This document shows positions 34,245 through 36,228 of a DNA stretch of 36,228 nucleotides, in pieces. Each line of letters begins with the position of its first letter. Within the stretch, counting starts at the first letter, position 1. Under the pieces are notes generated by a model, which had not been told where the DNA came from, ran no database searches, and saw only the letters and a list, made by a program, of their open reading frames with translations. The DNA lies in assembly GCA_046757665.1 (NCBI GenBank), contig JBHHYO010000020.1:1-36228 (forward strand), given 5' to 3'. Source of the stretch: Nitrospinales bacterium. Lineage in GTDB: Bacteria; Nitrospinota; Nitrospinia; Nitrospinales; JAJDAT01. Made by a program: the position numbers and the translations under genes.

Positions 34245-36228
34245 TTACCCCTCCCGTACCGCGGCGGGAAAAAAAGGAACGCCGCTGGTCCGCTTACCCA
34301 TTAAAATGAACAGCGCGGGGAAAACAGTTAAAACAAAAGGCAGTTGTACGGCCAAGCCGGATATGATGGCGATAGCCAGCGGTTGTTGCATGGCGGCGCC
34401 CGGGCCAATTCCCAGTGCCAGGGGCAATAGCGCCAGGATGGCCGCCAATGTAGTCATGGCTATGGGACGCATCCGGTTTTTCCCCGCAACAATCAGACGC
34501 TCCTGCACCGTATCGCTTTTCCCAAGGTCATTATATTCGGAATAATAGAAAATGGTGACTTCAGTAGCAATTCCTATCACCATGGTCATACCCATCATGG
34601 CGGTAATATTAAGCTCCGTTCCGGTAAACCATAATCCGACAAACACCGCCGCCGTTGTTAATAGCGTTGTCAATAACATGGCGATAGCTACCCGGAAACT
34701 CTCATACAGGAAAAGAAGGAGAGCAAAAGTCAGCACTATGGCTGAAACCAGAACCCAGATAAGACCGCGAAAAGCGATTCTCTGTTGCTGGTAAAGTCCG
34801 CCCAGTTGGTAATATACCCCCTTTGTGAGGAAACCCGGACGGTCAAGCACCGCGATAATATCGGCAATCGTCGAACCCATGTCGCGTCTGCTAATCCGGC
34901 CCGTCACGGCTATCATTCGTTTCAGGTCATCCCGCATGATTTGTGGCTGGCCCGTGACAACCCGCAACTCCGCTACGCGGCCCAGGGGGAACCAGTGGCC
35001 ATCGGGAGCACGCAACCGCAGGGCGCCAAGGTCGCTGATTTTGTTGCGCCCAACTTTTGGGGTCCACACACGAAGGTTGACCATTTTGGGATTTTGCGCG
35101 ATTTGTCCGGCAACGGCGCCTGTCAGTTGATTTTTTAACATTCGTGTAATGGCACCGGAAGAGACACCTTCCAGGGCAACTTTGTTCCGGTCCACCTTTA
35201 CGATCAGGGCGTCACCGGCGATCACAATGCCGTTATTTATATCGACGACCCCCGGAACTTTTTCAATGGATCGAGCTGTTTTTACAGCCAAATCGCTTAG
35301 CGCTTGACTGTCGTCGGAAAACAGCTTGATCTCGATAGGCTGTGGCACGGCCGTCAAATCTCCGATAAGGTCTTCCATCAGCAGTGCCATTTCAATGGCC
35401 AGTCCAGGCACCGAATGTTCGATTTGTTGCCGTACGTCATCCATTACCGAATCGATGTCCCGGCGAGGATAACCTTTCAAGCGTACAAAAAAATCTCCCC
35501 TGTTGACTTCGGCAAAGCCTCCGCTCAACGCCAGGCCCGTGCGCCGGGAGTAAGTCTGCACCTCGGGGGTGTTCTGGAGAATAACTTCAACCTGGCGAAG
35601 AAGACGATCCGTTTCGGCAAGCGACGTGCCCGCCTTGGCCCGGTAATCCAGAATAAAACCACCCTCATCGATTCTTGGAAGGAATCCCGTCCCTATTTGG
35701 TTGTAACCCAGCCAGCCTAAAGCCAGAAAGGGTAAGATGACGCCCAGAACCAGCCAGGGATGCGGTAAAATAATGCGCATTATCCATGAATAAAACGGAT
35801 GCCTTGCCTTCCCGGGCGGGTTCGCCGATTTTCGTTCTACGTCCTTTTGTTTCAGGAGAAACAAGCTCAACAATGGCACCGCCAACCAGGCCACCATAAA
35901 GGAAATAACCAGGCTGGCGGCCATGGTAACCGAAAGTGCCTTGAAAAAGGCGCCAGTCACCCCGGAAAGAAACGCCAGTGGCACAAAAATAATGAGGGTG
36001 GAAGCTGAGGAACCGGCCAGTGGATGTGTTATCTCAGTGACGGCTCGCATCACACGCTCATGCTTGTTCCCGGCTCCATCCTGTAGCCGACGGATAATAT
36101 GCTCAATCATGACGATCATATCGTCGATGATCAAACCCACGGCCGCCGCCATTCCGCCAAGGGTCATAATATTAAAACTCATATCCATTACAAAAAGCAG
36201 TAGGGCCGTCGTGGCCAGGACCGTGGGT
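34245..36228 (-). CDS. RND efflux permease (AcrB/CusA/CzcA family), 5' part beyond the window
   Basis: NIMTLGG...GLIIDD, F.PL.F, G.FF, FLP..DEG, RMRPIAMT and QPLAIAIISGL motifs; the frame is open to the window edge. Confidence 0.93.
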   Translation of the reverse strand, partial: PTVLATTALLLFVMDMSFNIMTLGGMAAAVGLIIDDMIVMIEHIIRRLQDGAGNKHERVMRAVTEITHPLAGSSASTLIIFVPLAFLSGVTGAFFKALSVTMAASLVISFMVAWLAVPLLSLFLLKQKDVERKSANPPGKARHPFYSWIMRIILPHPWLVLGVILPFLALGWLGYNQIGTGFLPRIDEGGFILDYRAKAGTSLAETDRLLRQVEVILQNTPEVQTYSRRTGLALSGGFAEVNRGDFFVRLKGYPRRDIDSVMDDVRQQIEHSVPGLAIEMALLMEDLIGDLTAVPQPIEIKLFSDDSQALSDLAVKTARSIEKVPGVVDINNGIVIAGDALIVKVDRNKVALEGVSSGAITRMLKNQLTGAVAGQIAQNPKMVNLRVWTPKVGRNKISDLGALRLRAPDGHWFPLGRVAELRVVTGQPQIMRDDLKRMIAVTGRISRRDMGSTIADIIAVLDRPGFLTKGVYYQLGGLYQQQRIAFRGLIWVLVSAIVLTFALLLFLYESFRVAIAMLLTTLLTTAAVFVGLWFTGTELNITAMMGMTMVIGIATEVTIFYYSEYNDLGKSDTVQERLIVAGKNRMRPIAMTTLAAILALLPLALGIGPGAAMQQPLAIAIISGLAVQLPFVLTVFPALFILMGKRTSGVPFFPAAVREG

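Overview
This is a bacterial chromosomal window with a gene mix suggestive of a Nitrospinota-like or other redox-active Gram-negative lineage; that assignment is inference only. Left part: a paired M14 (ASTE/ASPA) hydrolase locus coupled to ntrBC, an FmdB-type zinc ribbon gene, ilvE, tRNA-Lys and tRNA-Glu, and glnS. The last 72 nt of glnS are duplicated 1.4 kb downstream, flanking an AT-richer frameshifted SGNH hydrolase gene. Middle part: YbhB/YbcL, a GldA/F/G-like ABC operon, a tiny diheme cytochrome, ridA, recO, ogt, a Tat-exported PHP enzyme, TRAP dctQM without dctP, an FGE-domain protein, sppA and a triheme c7-type cytochrome. The most striking block (23.7-28.1 kb, minus strand) encodes a Rieske protein with low-potential motif residues, a fused cytochrome b/b6 and an octaheme HAO-family cytochrome, followed directly by a Cyc2-like monoheme cytochrome-porin; a siroheme-pathway dehydrogenase is divergent from it. 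Right part: hspQ, a VOC/HglS-like enzyme with an FAD 2-hydroxyacid dehydrogenase, an LRR protein, a TusA-like protein lacking the usual Cys, a long intergenic hairpin, coaX and a truncated RND permease. No CRISPR array, integrase or transposase was seen.
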